From an uncultured Spirochaetota bacterium (GTDB lineage: Bacteria; Spirochaetota; Spirochaetia; SZUA-6; CAVTHK01): a stretch of 64,000 nt of DNA. Location: NCBI GenBank assembly GCA_963734495.1, contig CAVTHK010000009.1:160001-224000 (forward strand). The letters are read 5' to 3'. Made by a program: the position numbers and the translations under genes. This document shows, in pieces, positions 43,881 through 54,574 of the stretch (positions are counted from its first letter, which is position 1; each line of letters begins with the position of its first letter). A model generated the notes under the pieces. That model did no database searches and was not told the DNA's origin. It worked only from the letters and a program-made list of their open reading frames with translations.

Positions 43881-45852
43881 ATGAGGCTGCTGATAGTGCT
43901 GGCCCTGCTGGCGAGCCTGGTCTTTCCGCTCGCGGCAGAGGGGGGCAAGGAGGCGCCCGGGGCAAAGCCCGCCGCGACCGCTGCGGTCAAGGGAGCGAAA
44001 GAGGCGCCGGCCCTGGCGCAACTGGTCAAGGAAGGGAAGCTTCCGCCGCTGGAGCAGCGGCTGCCGAAGAATCCGCTGGTGCTCAAGCCGGTCGAGAAGG
44101 TCGGCGAGTACGGCGGCACGTTCCGCTACGGCCATGTCGGGGTCCACGTCATGGACCTCACCCGCGCGATCGGCTACGAGCCGCTCGTGCGCTGGAGCCC
44201 CGGGTGGAGCGACGTGATCCCGGGGGTCGCGGAATCCTGGACCGTCAGCCCCGACGCCACGGAGTACACCTTTGCCCTGCGCGAAGGGCTCAAGTGGTCG
44301 GACGGTCATCTCTACACCGCGGACGACATCGTGTTCGCCTACGAAGACATCATGCTGAACGAGAAGCTCACGCCGACCAAGCCGCGCTGGATCCGCGACG
44401 GGGGCAAGGTCGAAAAGCTCGACACGTACAAGGTGCGCTTCAAGCTCGGCAAGCCGGACGGCCTGTTCCTGCTGAACCTGGCCGGCGGCGACGGGCCCGA
44501 CAGCCCCTACACGATGAACCCGAAGCACTACCTCTCGAAGTTCATGCCCAAGTACAACGCCAAGGCCGACGACGAAGCCAGGGCCGCTGGGTACCCCGAC
44601 TGGGTGGCGTGGATCGACTCCAAGCGCATCGGGCCGGCCAACAACAGCTCCTACTGGTCGAACGCGGACATGCCGGTGCTCCACCCGTGGAGGTTCACCA
44701 CGCCTCCCGGCAAGGGAGTGACGCGCGCCGTGGCCGAGCGCAACCCCTACTACTGGAAGGTCGACACCGAGGGCAAGCAGCTTCCGTACATCGACAGGAT
44801 GACCGTCGACATCTTCAACGACGTCGAGTCGCTGGTGCTCAAGGTGAGCAACGGCGAGATCGACCTGATGGACCAGTTCTTCGCCGTGCCCGCAGAACAA
44901 GCCGGTCATCTTCGAGAACCAGCAGCGCGGCGGCTACCATTTCTACAAGACGATCCCGACGTTCCCGAACACGGCGGTCATCGACTTCAACTTTAACTCC
45001 AAGGACCCGGTCAAGCGGAAGGTGTTCAGCGACAAGAACTTCCGCATCGGCATGTCCTATGCCATCAACCGCAAGGAAGTCATCGACCTGATCTACCTCG
45101 GCCAGGGCGAGCCGCACCAGGCCGCGCCGCTGCCCGGCACCCCGCTGTACAACGAGAAGCTGGCCAAGCAGTACACCGAGTTCAACCCCGAGCTGGCCGC
45201 CAAGTACCTGGACCAGGCCGGTCTCGACAAGAAGGACGCCCAGGGCTTCCGCCTCGGCCCGGACGGCAAGCCGTTCGTGCTGGTGTTCCACGTGATGAAC
45301 TTCCACCCGGAGATCCCCGACGGCACCCAGCTCATCGCCAAGCACTGGAACAAGGCCGGCGTGAAGACCGAGGTGCGCGTCTCCGAGCGCAACCTGTGGG
45401 AGGAGCAGGTGCGCAGCAACGCCGACTTCGACGTCACGATGCACAAGTTCGGCGGCGGCTACGGGATGGCGATCATCCTCGACCCGCGCTACTTCTTTCC
45501 CTTCAACGGCAACTCGATGTACGCCCCCGCCTGGCAGCTGTGGTGGAACAACCCGAGCGGCACGGGCTCCAAGTACAAGCCCGAGGAGCCGCCGGAGATC
45601 ACGAAGAAGCAGATGGCGTTGTACGACCAGATCCGCACCACCGGGGACACCGCGAAGCAGCAGCAGCTGATGAAGCAGATCCTCGAGATCGCGCAGGACC
45701 AGTTCTACGTGATCGGGATCAGCACCGACGCCCTCGGCTACGGGGTGGTCAGGAACAACCTGAAGAACGTCCCCGAGTCCATGCCGTGGTCGTGGATCTA
45801 TCCGCATCCCGCGCCGGACAACCCGTGCCAGTTCTTCTTCGAGAAGAAGTAG
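43881..45852 (+). CDS. Family-5 (Opp/Dpp-type) solute-binding protein (frameshift near 44890)
   Basis: EAPALAQLVKEGKLPPLEQRLP, LREGLKWSDG, ERNPYYWKVDTEGKQLPYID and FRIGMSYAINR. Confidence 0.92.
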
Positions 45853-45879
45853 GCCCGAGCTCGCACCGTTGTTCCGATC

Positions 45880-45920
45880 GAGACGGCCTCTGCCCCTGCG
45901 GGAGGGGCCGTCTCACTTTG
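45880..45920 (+). terminator. Stem-loop after solute-binding protein gene
   Basis: GAGACGGCC (45880-45888) pairs with GGCCGTCTC (45906-45914), followed by a short T run. Confidence 0.55.
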
Positions 45921-45942
45921 TAGAGGAGAGCGGGAGACAAGA

Positions 45943-47078
45943 GTGAGCGCGACAGCCCTGCCGCCCGCGGCGGAGAGCGAGGACCTCCGCGTCGAAGTCG
46001 CCAGCCAGTGGCAGCTGGTGTGGTGGAAGTTCCGCAGGCACAAGCTGGCCCTGGTGAGCCTCTTCGTGATCCTGGCCGTCTATCTCGTCGCGGTCTTCAC
46101 CGAGTTCATCGCCCCCTACGGCGCCGAGCACAACGACGCGAAGTACCCCCTGGTCGGGCCGCAGCGCGTGCAGTGGATCGACCGCAGCGGAGGCGGCTGG
46201 AGGCTGGCGCCCTACGTGTACGGGCTCAAGGTCGACATCGACCGCGAGTCGCTGCGGCGGCGGTTCGCCGACGACCGCGACGTCAGGATCCCGCTGGCTC
46301 TTCTTCGGCGTGGGGGAGCCGTACCGGCTGTGGGGGCTCATCCCGATGTCCCGCCATCTGCTCACGCCCGCCCAGGCGGGCGAGCCGATGTTCCTGCTCG
46401 GGAACCGACAGGCTCGGCCGCGACGTGTTCAGCCGCGTCATCCACGGGACGCGGATCTCGATGTCGGTCGGCCTGATCGGAGTCAGCATCAGCCTCCTGC
46501 TCGGCATCGTGCTCGGCGGCGTGTCCGGCTACTACGGCGGCGTGGCCGACAACGTGATCCAGCGCGTGATCGAGTTCATCCGCTCGATCCCGACGATCCC
46601 CCTGTGGATGGGGCTGGCGGCCGCCATCCCGATCGAGTGGCCGCCCCTGCGCGTCTACTTCATGATCACGCTGATCCTGTCGCTCATCGGCTGGACCGGG
46701 CTGGCCCGCGTCGTGCGCGGCCGCTTTCTCGCCCTGCGCACGGACGACTTCGTGCTGGCCGCCCGCCTGGACGGCTGCAGGGAGATGCGCATCATCCTGA
46801 GGCACATGGTGCCCTCGTTCATGAGCCACATCATCGCCTCGATCACGCTGGCGATCCCGAACATGATCCTGAGCGAGACCGCGCTCTCCTTTATCGGCAT
46901 CGGCCTGCGGCCGCCGGTGGTGAGCTGGGGCGTGCTGCTCAAGGAGGCGCAGAACATCCGCAGCGTGGCGACCGCCCCGTGGCTGCTGTTCGTCCCCGCG
47001 GTCCCGGTCCTGATCGCCGTGCTGTCGCTGAACTTTCTCGGAGACGGGCTGCGGGACGCCGCGGACCCCTACAACTAG
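45943..47078 (+). CDS. Opp-type ABC permease (OppC-like; frameshifted)
   Basis: WWKFRRHKLA, GTDRLGRDVFSR, ETALSFIGIG and NFLGDGLRDAADP. Confidence 0.9.
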
Positions 47079-47088
47079 GAGCGCCCGA

Positions 47089-48131
47089 GTGAGCACTGCC
47101 GCGAACGACATCCTGCTGCAGATCCGGGGCCTCAAGACCTGGTTCTACACCGACGAGGGCGTGGTCAAGGCCGTCGACGGGGTCGACCTGGCGCTGCGGC
47201 AGGGCGAGACGCTGTGCCTGGTGGGCGAGAGCGGCTGCGGCAAGTCGATCACCGCCCGCTCCATCCTTCAGCTCATCGACTGGCCCGGCAGGATCGTCGA
47301 GGGCGAGATCAGCTTCCGCCGCAAGGACGGGCGCGTCGTCGACGTCGCCGGGATGAAGCCCACCGGCCGCGAGGTCCGCGACATCCGGGGCAACGAGATC
47401 TCGATGATCTTCCAGGAGCCGATGAGCTCGCTCTCCCCCGTGCACACCATCGGAGACCAGCTCTCCGAGACCCTGCAGATCCATCTCAAGCTCGACAAGG
47501 ACGGAGGCGAGAAAGCGCGTCATCGAGATGCTCGAGCGGGTCGGCATCCCCAAGGCCTCGGAGAGGCTCGGCAGCTACCCGTTCGAGCTGTCCGGCGGGA
47601 TGCGCCAGAGGGCGATGATCGCGATGGCGCTGCTGTGCCGCTCGAGCCTGCTGATCGCCGACGAGCCGACGACGGCCCTCGACGTGACCACGCAGGCCAA
47701 CATCCTCGACCTGATCAAGGAGCTGCAGCGCGAGCTCGGCATGTCGGTCATGTTCATCACGCACGACCTGGGAGTGGTCGCCGAGATCGCCGACCGGGTG
47801 GCGGTCATGTACCTCGGGCCAGGTCGTGGAGTACGGCCCCGCCGACTCGATCTACCACGACCCGAAGCACCCCTACCTGCGCGCGCTGCTGCGCTCGATC
47901 CCGAGGCTCGAGTGGGGGGGCGAGCGGCTGGACTCCATCGAGGGCATGGTGCCTCACCCGTTCCGCAGGCCCGAGGGCTGCGCCTTCCACACCCGCTGCC
48001 GGGAGCGGATCGCCGGCACCTGCGACACGGTCGAGCCGCCGAGCTTTGCCCTCGACGGCGGCAAGCCCTTCGAGAAGGGCAGGCAGGTCAAGTGCCACCT
48101 CTACGCAGGCGCCGCGGAGGTGATCCGATGA
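47089..48131 (+). CDS. Opp-type ABC ATPase (OppD-like; frameshifted)
   Basis: [36 protein letters not shown] and GCAFHTRC. Confidence 0.9.
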
Positions 48132-49163
48132 GCGCCGCCGATCCCCGCCCGCGACGTCCTGCTCGACGTACGGGGCCTCAAGATGCACTTCCCCATCCAC
48201 CGCGGGTTCCTCTCCCGCGTCGTCGGCCACGTGCGCGCCGTCGACGGCGTCGAGCTTCTCCGTGCGCCGCGGCGAGACTCTCAGCCTCGTCGGCGAGAGC
48301 GGCTGCGGCAAGACGACGCTCGGCCGCTGCATCGTGCGCATCTACGACCCGCTCGCCGGCGAGATCCTCTACCGCGGCTGCGTCGGACATGGTCGTCGAT
48401 CTCGCAAAGCTGGACAAGAAGGCGCTCGCCCCGTACCGGCTCGAGCTGCGGATGATCTTCCAGGACCCGCACTCGAGCCTGAACCCGCGCATGACGGTGC
48501 GGGACATCGTCGGCGAGTCCCTGCTGGTCAACCGGATCGCCCGCGGCAGCGAGCTCGACGACCGCATCGTGGAGCTGCTCAAGCGCGTGGGGCTGCGCCC
48601 GGAGTACCTGCAGGCGCTACCCGCACGCCTTTTCCGGGGGCGAGCGGCAGCGGATCGGCATCGCCCGGGCCCTCGCCGTCAACCCGCGGCTGATCGTGGC
48701 CGACGAGGCGGTCTCGGCGCTGGACGTCTCGGTGCAGGCGCAGATCCTGAACCTGCTCAAGGACCTCCAGGCGGAGCTCGGCCTGACCTACCTCTTCGTT
48801 GCGCACAACCTCTCCGTCGTGCAGTACGTGAGCGACCACGTGGCGGTCATGTACGTGGGCAAGCTCGTGGAGCTCGCGGAGCGGCACGAGCTGTACCAGC
48901 ACCCGCAGCACCCGTACACCGAGGCGCTGATGTCCGCGGTGCCCAGGCCGGACCCGCGCGGCCGCACGAGCGGGGCGCGCATCCGGCTGGAGGGCGAGGT
49001 GGCGGACCCCGCCTCGCCGCCCTCCGGATGCTACTTCCACCCGCGCTGCCGCTACGCGAAAGCCGAGTGCGCGGAGCGCGAGCCCGCGCTCCGCGACATC
49101 GGCGGCGGGCACATGGCGGCCTGCCACCGGGCCGAAGAGCTGAGCCTCAAGGGCATCGGGTAA
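48128..49163 (+). CDS. Opp-type ABC ATPase (OppF-like; frameshifted)
   Basis: [36 protein letters not shown] and [11 protein letters not shown]. Confidence 0.9.
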
Positions 49164-49176
49164 GGAGGAGGCGGCG

Positions 49177-50171
49177 ATGCACAAGTACATCCTCAAGCGC
49201 CTGCTGTTCATGATCCCGACCCTGTTCGCCGTGTCGCTGGTCTCGTTCATCCTGATCCAGCTGCCTCCCGGGGACTTTCTCAGCATGCGCATCAATGCCC
49301 TCCTCGAGCAGGGCCAGACGATCGAGGTCACGATGCTGCACGACCTGCAGGAGCGCTACGGCCTCGGGCAGCCGATCTACGTGCAGTACTGGAAGTGGAT
49401 CACGGGGATCCTGCTGCGCGGCGACTTCGGCCAGTCGTTCGACTGGAACGAGCTGGTCGGGCAAGCTCATCTGGGACCGCATCGGCCTCACGATGCTGAT
49501 CTCGCTCGCGTCGCTGCTGTTCATCTGGGCGGTCGCCTTCCCCATAGGGATCTACTCCGCGGTCAAGCAGTACTCGCCGGGGGACTACATCGCGACCTTC
49601 CTCGGCTTCATCGGCATCGCGATCCCGGACTTTCTCATTGCGCTCGTGCTCATGTACGTGGCGTTCAAGTACTTCGGCTTCAGCGTGTCCGGCTTGTTCT
49701 CTGCGGACTACGTGGACGCGCCGTGGAGCTGGGGCAAGGTCGGGGACCTGCTCGCGCACATCTGGATCCCGATGATCATCATCGGGCTCGCGGGCACGGC
49801 GAGCCTGATCCGCACGATGCGCGCGAACCTGCTCGACGAGCTGAAGAAGCCCTACGTGGTCACCGCGCGGGCCAAGGGGCTTTCGGAGGTCCGGCTGATC
49901 CTCAAGTACCCGGTGCGCGTGGCGCTCAACCCCTTTATCAGCACGGTCGGCTGGATCCTGCCGACGCTGGTCTCCGGGCGCGACGATCGTCTCGATCGTG
50001 CTGAACCTGCCGACGACCGGCCCTCTGATGCTGCACGCGCTGATGACGCAGGACATGTACCTCGCGGGGGCGTTCATCCTGCTGCTGAGCACCCTCACGA
50101 TCATCGGCACGCTGCTTTCGGACATCCTCCTCGCGCTGATCGACCCGAGGATCAGGTACGCGAAACAATAG
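49177..50171 (+). CDS. Opp-type ABC permease (OppB-like; frameshifted)
   Basis: YILKRLL, LPPGDF, GDFGQSF, TARAKGL and [13 protein letters not shown]. Confidence 0.9.
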
Positions 50172-50192
50172 ACAGGACAGGAGAGGCGTGGC

Positions 50193-52277
50193 ATGGCAGA
50201 ACAGGAGGGCAAGGTGTACTTCGGCGCGGTCTACTTCCGCAAGAGCAACCCCCCGAAAGAGGACTGGGATCGCGATTTCAGGCAGGCCAAGTCGGACGGC
50301 CACAACCTGTTCCGCCACTGGGTGCCCTGGGGCTCGGTCGAGGTGGCGCCCGGGAAATACGACTGGGACGACTACGACCGCATCCTCGACCTGAGCGCGA
50401 AGTACGGCATCAAGGCGGTGCTCGCGGAGATCGGGCTGAACGTGCCCGAGTGGTTCGCGGCGAAATACCCCGACCTCGCGCGGGAGTACGTCGACGGCCG
50501 CAAGCGGGCGAGCGACATGCACGGGAGCTGCGTCACCGGCGGCAGCAGCTGGGTCTGCCTGGATCAGCAGGTGACCCGCGACGCGGTCGGCCGATTCCTC
50601 ACGGAAATGGCCAACCGGTACAAGAACCACCCCGGCCTCTACGGCTACGACATCTGGAACGAGGCCTCTTACCACAACCCGGACGTGCTGTGCTGGTGCC
50701 CCGCCACCGAAGAGGCGTTCCGCGAGTGGCTGAAGAAGAAGTACGGCAGCGTCGAGAAGCTCGCCCTCGCCTGGAAGCGCTACTCGTTCACCGACTGGAG
50801 CGAGGCGCGCATGGCGCGCAGGCTCGAGCTCTACCCCGACACGCTCGACCGCATCACCTTCCACACGGACAACGCGATCGACCACATGAAGTGGCGCTAC
50901 GACACGATCCGCGCGGCCGACCCGAAGAACCCCATCACGTCCCACGGCAACGGCAAGAGCTTCTCCGACATGATGAAATGCGCGGGCGACGACTACCGCG
51001 CGGCCGAGGTCGTCGACAGCTTCGGCTACACCTACTGGTGGGCCAACCGCGCCCCCGTGCTCCTGGTGACCGACATGATCCGCTGCGCCTCCGACGGCAA
51101 GCCGTTCTGGCGCGCGGAGGCGGTGGCCGACCACGAATGGGACAACCGCGACGTCGGCGGCCGCTACCTGGCGGAAAAGGACGAGATGCACGACCCCGCG
51201 AACATCCGCCTGGACTGCGTCCTGTCGTGGGTGGCGGGCGCCACCGCCTACCAGAACCCGCGCTGGCGCGCGCTGCTCGACGGCCCGCTCTTCGGCGCGT
51301 ACGGGTTCTACGGCCTCGACGGCCTGCCGACCGATCGCTCCGAGGAGGCCGCGAGGCTCGCGAAGTGGTCGACCGCCCCGGCGCGGAAGGACCTCTTCAA
51401 CGCACGGCCCGTGCGCGGCGAGGTCGCCATCCTGATGATCGAGGAGGCGCAGGCCTTCAACTGGGCGTTCTACAAGCAGACGGACTTCTATTCGTGGTCG
51501 GTGCAGGGCGCCTGGCAGGCCTTTACCGACTCGAACGTGCAGGCCGACATCATCAAGCTCAAGCAGCTTTCGCACTACAAGCTGGTCTACCTGCCGTACC
51601 CCGTCGCGCTGTCCGACGCGACGGTCGAGACGATCCGGAAGTGGGTGGCCGCGGGCGGCACGCTCGTGAGCGAGGGCTGCTTCGGCTACCTGAACGAGAG
51701 CGCCCACGCCCTGCCCACGCAGCTCTCCCGAGGTGCGGACGAGCTCTTCGGCTGCGTCGAGGAGACGGTCTCGCTCGCCCCCGACCGCTGGACCGGGCTG
51801 CAGGTGAGGAGCCAGGAGGGGCTGCTCGAAGGCGCCCTCTACCGGCAGTCCTACAAAGGCAAGGGCGGCCGCGCGACGGGCTGGTACGAGGACGGCGCCG
51901 TCGCGTCGGTGGACAATGCGTTCGGCAAGGGGCGCACGCGGCTCATCGGCACGATGCCCGGCTACGCGTACAAGGCGGCCCCGAGCGACGGCGCGCGCGC
52001 CTGGTTCGCGGCCGCGCTCGGCTACGCCGGCCTCGAGCCGCACGCGCGCGTCGACAAGCCGAACGTCGTCGCCCGCGTGTGGAGGGACCGCGAGCGGCGC
52101 TTCCTCTGGATCGTCAACCTGTCCGAGCTCGACCAGAACGTCACGGTCTTCGTGAGCCGCGATGCCGCGCCCTTTGCGCACGCAAAGGTCCTGCGGGGCG
52201 GCGCCGCGTCCACGCATGCGAACCGGGTCACCGCCTTCGTGGGAGGGCGCGACGCGACGGTGTGCGAGCTGATGTGA
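50193..52277 (+). CDS. GH42-like beta-galactosidase
   Basis: WGSVEVAPGKYDW, YDIWNEA..LCWC and WLKKKYG. Paralogue of 41616..43737. Confidence 0.88.
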   Translation: MAEQEGKVYFGAVYFRKSNPPKEDWDRDFRQAKSDGHNLFRHWVPWGSVEVAPGKYDWDDYDRILDLSAKYGIKAVLAEIGLNVPEWFAAKYPDLAREYVDGRKRASDMHGSCVTGGSSWVCLDQQVTRDAVGRFLTEMANRYKNHPGLYGYDIWNEASYHNPDVLCWCPATEEAFREWLKKKYGSVEKLALAWKRYSFTDWSEARMARRLELYPDTLDRITFHTDNAIDHMKWRYDTIRAADPKNPITSHGNGKSFSDMMKCAGDDYRAAEVVDSFGYTYWWANRAPVLLVTDMIRCASDGKPFWRAEAVADHEWDNRDVGGRYLAEKDEMHDPANIRLDCVLSWVAGATAYQNPRWRALLDGPLFGAYGFYGLDGLPTDRSEEAARLAKWSTAPARKDLFNARPVRGEVAILMIEEAQAFNWAFYKQTDFYSWSVQGAWQAFTDSNVQADIIKLKQLSHYKLVYLPYPVALSDATVETIRKWVAAGGTLVSEGCFGYLNESAHALPTQLSRGADELFGCVEETVSLAPDRWTGLQVRSQEGLLEGALYRQSYKGKGGRATGWYEDGAVASVDNAFGKGRTRLIGTMPGYAYKAAPSDGARAWFAAALGYAGLEPHARVDKPNVVARVWRDRERRFLWIVNLSELDQNVTVFVSRDAAPFAHAKVLRGGAASTHANRVTAFVGGRDATVCELM

Positions 52278-53264
52278 TCTACGTCGGCATCGACGAGGCC
52301 GGATACGGGCCGCTCCTCGGCCCGCTGGTGATCGCGCGCTCCGTCTTTCATGTCGAGGGCGGCAACCCGGCGGATCCCCCGTGCCTGTGGGAGCGCCTGG
52401 CGCCGTGCGTCGGCCGCGCCGCGGACCGCGGGGCGCTCGCCCGGGTGGACGACTCCAAGCGCCTGCACGCCGGCGCCGGCGGCCTCAGGCCTCTCGAGCA
52501 CGGCGTGCTCTGCGCTGCTCGCCTCCGTTCCGGCGAGCCTCGCCGCGCTCCTCGAGGAGACCGCGGCCGACGACGCTTCGGCCGCGACCACGCTGCCCTG
52601 GTACGCCGATGCGAGCGGCGGGCCCGCCCTGCCTGCCGCCGCGGACGCGGAGGAGCTGGCCGCCGCCCGCGCCGCGACCGCCGCGGCCATGGCCGCGGCG
52701 GGCGTGACGCTCGCCGAAGCGCGGGCCGCCGTCGTCTTCGAGGACCGCTTCAACCGCACCGTGGTCGAGACGGGCAACAAGGCCGCCTGCGCCTGGCGCT
52801 TCGTGGCCGGCCACCTGCGCGATGTTTGGCGGCGATACGGCGGCCGCGGCGGCCGCGGCGGCGGCGATGGCGCCGAGGCCCTGTTCGTCGCCCTCGACCG
52901 GCAGGGCGGCCGCCAGTTCTACGCGGAGCAGCTCGAGCGGCTCTTTCCCGAGGCCCGCTGCGCGGTCGGGGTCGAAAGCCCGGAGCTCTGCAGCTACGAG
53001 CTTGCCGGCGGGGGCAGGAAGCTGCGCCTCGAGGTCCGGCCGCGCGCCGAGGCGGCCCACCTGCCGGTCGCTTACGCCTCGATGGTGGCGAAATACCTGC
53101 GAGAGCTGCTCATGGCGCGCTTTCAGCGCTTCTGGAGCGAGCAGGCCCCTGACGTCCGGCCGACAGCGGGCTACCATAGCGATGGAGAGCGTTTTCTGCG
53201 GGAGCTCGCCCCGCGCCTGCGGCGGCTGGAAATTCCGGCCGGCACGCTCGTGAGGATGTGCTAG
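52274..53264 (+). CDS. RNase HII-like protein (frameshift near 52520)
   Basis: GIDEAGYGPLLGPLV, VDDSKRL, DRQGGRQFY, VAYASMVAKYLRE and TAGY. Confidence 0.75.
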
Positions 53265-53420
53265 CAGCCTGTCGGACTTGCGGCTGACCGCCGTTCCCGC
53301 CGCTTCCGCGGGTCAGGGCGCGGCGGACCGCGCCCGATCTAGCAGCCTGTCGGACTTGCCGCGTGCCGGCGCCCGCGCCGCTTCGGGCAGGCTGGCCGCG
53401 GAGGACCGCGGCCGGTCTAT
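53261..53420. repeat. Degenerate 78-bp tandem duplication beginning with identical 21-mer CTAGCAGCCTGTCGGACTTGC
   Basis: Identical 21-mers at 53261-53281 and 53339-53359, with further partial similarity downstream (CGCCGCTTC; GGACCGCG). Confidence 0.8.
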
Positions 53421-53575
53421 AGCGGCCCCCCGGGGCCGATCGGCCGCCGTCGGCCGTCGAACGGACGGTCTTGAAAAGGATACACTCCCGACGGTAGAAA
53501 GTCGCAACCGCGGGCGCCTTCACCTAATTACTTTCCACTAAACAGATTATAAGCCGTATGGTCCCGCAGGGCCTT

Positions 53576-53591
53576 TGGCACAACGCTTGCA
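53576..53591 (+). promoter_or_regulatory. Sigma-54 (-24/-12) promoter
   Basis: TGGCAC-AACGC-TTGCA, with exact GG/GC spacing. Lies 23 nt upstream of the sigma factor ATG. Confidence 0.85.
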
Positions 53592-53614
53592 CTCTCTGGG
53601 GGCAGGAGTTGAGC

Positions 53615-54454
53615 ATGTTGTTGAAGAGACGAGAGAGACAGCAAGACGCCCTGCGCTCCTATTTCGACCAGATCAAAAAGACTCCGCTGCTCACGGCGGA
53701 GCAGGAGCAGGAGCTTTCGCGCCTGGTGCAGGGCGGCGATCACGACGCCTTCAGCAGGCTCGTCGAGGCCAACCTCAGGCTCGTGGTCAAGATCGCCAAG
53801 GCGTTCATGACCTCCGACCTGTCGCTGCTGGACCTGATCCAGGAGGGCAACCTGGGGCTCATGCGGGCCGCGAGCAAGTTCGACTACCGCCGCAACGTGC
53901 GTTTCAGCACCTACGCCTCGTGGTGGATCAAGCAGGCGATCGTGCGCTCGCTGTCCAACAAGCGCCGCGCGATCCGCCTCCCCCATCGCAAGGAGGAGCT
54001 GCTGCGCAAGATCAGCAAGGCGACCAACTGCCTCTCGCAGTCGCTCATGCGCGAGCCGACCGCCCGGGAGATCGCGATGGAGGTCGGTGTCGAGACCAAC
54101 GACGTGCAGAGCCTGATGGAGATGTCGTACAACGTGGTCTCCCTGGACGGGGACACCGGCGACGACTCGGGCTCGCTCAAGGACGTGTTCGAGGATTACT
54201 CGTTCGACCCGGGCCGGGAGCTGCTGCGCAAGAGCCTGCGGGAGGACACGCTGCGCTCCCTCGACCTGCTGCCGAGCAAGGAGAAAGAGATCCTGCTCTA
54301 CCGCTACTCCTTCCACGGCGGCAAGCGCTACACGCTCAAGAAGATCGGCGACAAGATGGGCATCTCGCCGGAGACCGTCCGGCAGATCGAGATCAGAGCG
54401 CTCCGGAGACTTGGTGAAACGGCTTCCGAGCTCCGGGCTTATGTCTACAACTAG
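53615..54454 (+). CDS. Sigma-70 family factor, RpoS/RpoD-like, lacking region 1.1
   Basis: ANLRLVVKIAK, DLIQEGNLGLMRAASKFD, FSTYASWWIKQAI, IRLP and region 4 TLKKIG..ISPETVRQIE. AGGAG RBS. Confidence 0.93.
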   Translation: MLLKRRERQQDALRSYFDQIKKTPLLTAEQEQELSRLVQGGDHDAFSRLVEANLRLVVKIAKAFMTSDLSLLDLIQEGNLGLMRAASKFDYRRNVRFSTYASWWIKQAIVRSLSNKRRAIRLPHRKEELLRKISKATNCLSQSLMREPTAREIAMEVGVETNDVQSLMEMSYNVVSLDGDTGDDSGSLKDVFEDYSFDPGRELLRKSLREDTLRSLDLLPSKEKEILLYRYSFHGGKRYTLKKIGDKMGISPETVRQIEIRALRRLGETASELRAYVYN

Positions 54455-54491
54455 GGCGTAACACTGAAAGCCGGTCCCTCCTCCTCCTTGT

Positions 54492-54526
54492 CACGGGCCG
54501 TTCCGTTGGAACGGCTCGTGCTTTTT
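54492..54526 (+). terminator. Intrinsic terminator after sigma factor
   Basis: CACGGGCCGTTCC-GTT-GGAACGGCTCGTG hairpin followed by CTTTTT. Confidence 0.8.
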
Positions 54527-54574
54527 CCTCAAGGTGAAGGCAGCCGCCCCGCCGTCGCGGCGCGGGACCCTCGC

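Noticed and set aside
38432-50171. Programmed frameshifting or phase variation in transporter genes
   Set aside because: Breaks are numerous, scattered and not at evident slippery sites or long repeats. Sequencing error is simpler.
49295-53152. 1285-aa apparent fusion ORF (also 39904..43737, 54575..58207, 27744..30740, 13504..15348)
   Set aside because: Artefacts of frameshifts and stop-poor frames. Only part of each encodes a recognisable protein.
53261-53420. Possible mini-CRISPR (21-bp repeat)
   Set aside because: Only two copies, and the intervening sequences resemble each other, so it is a duplication.
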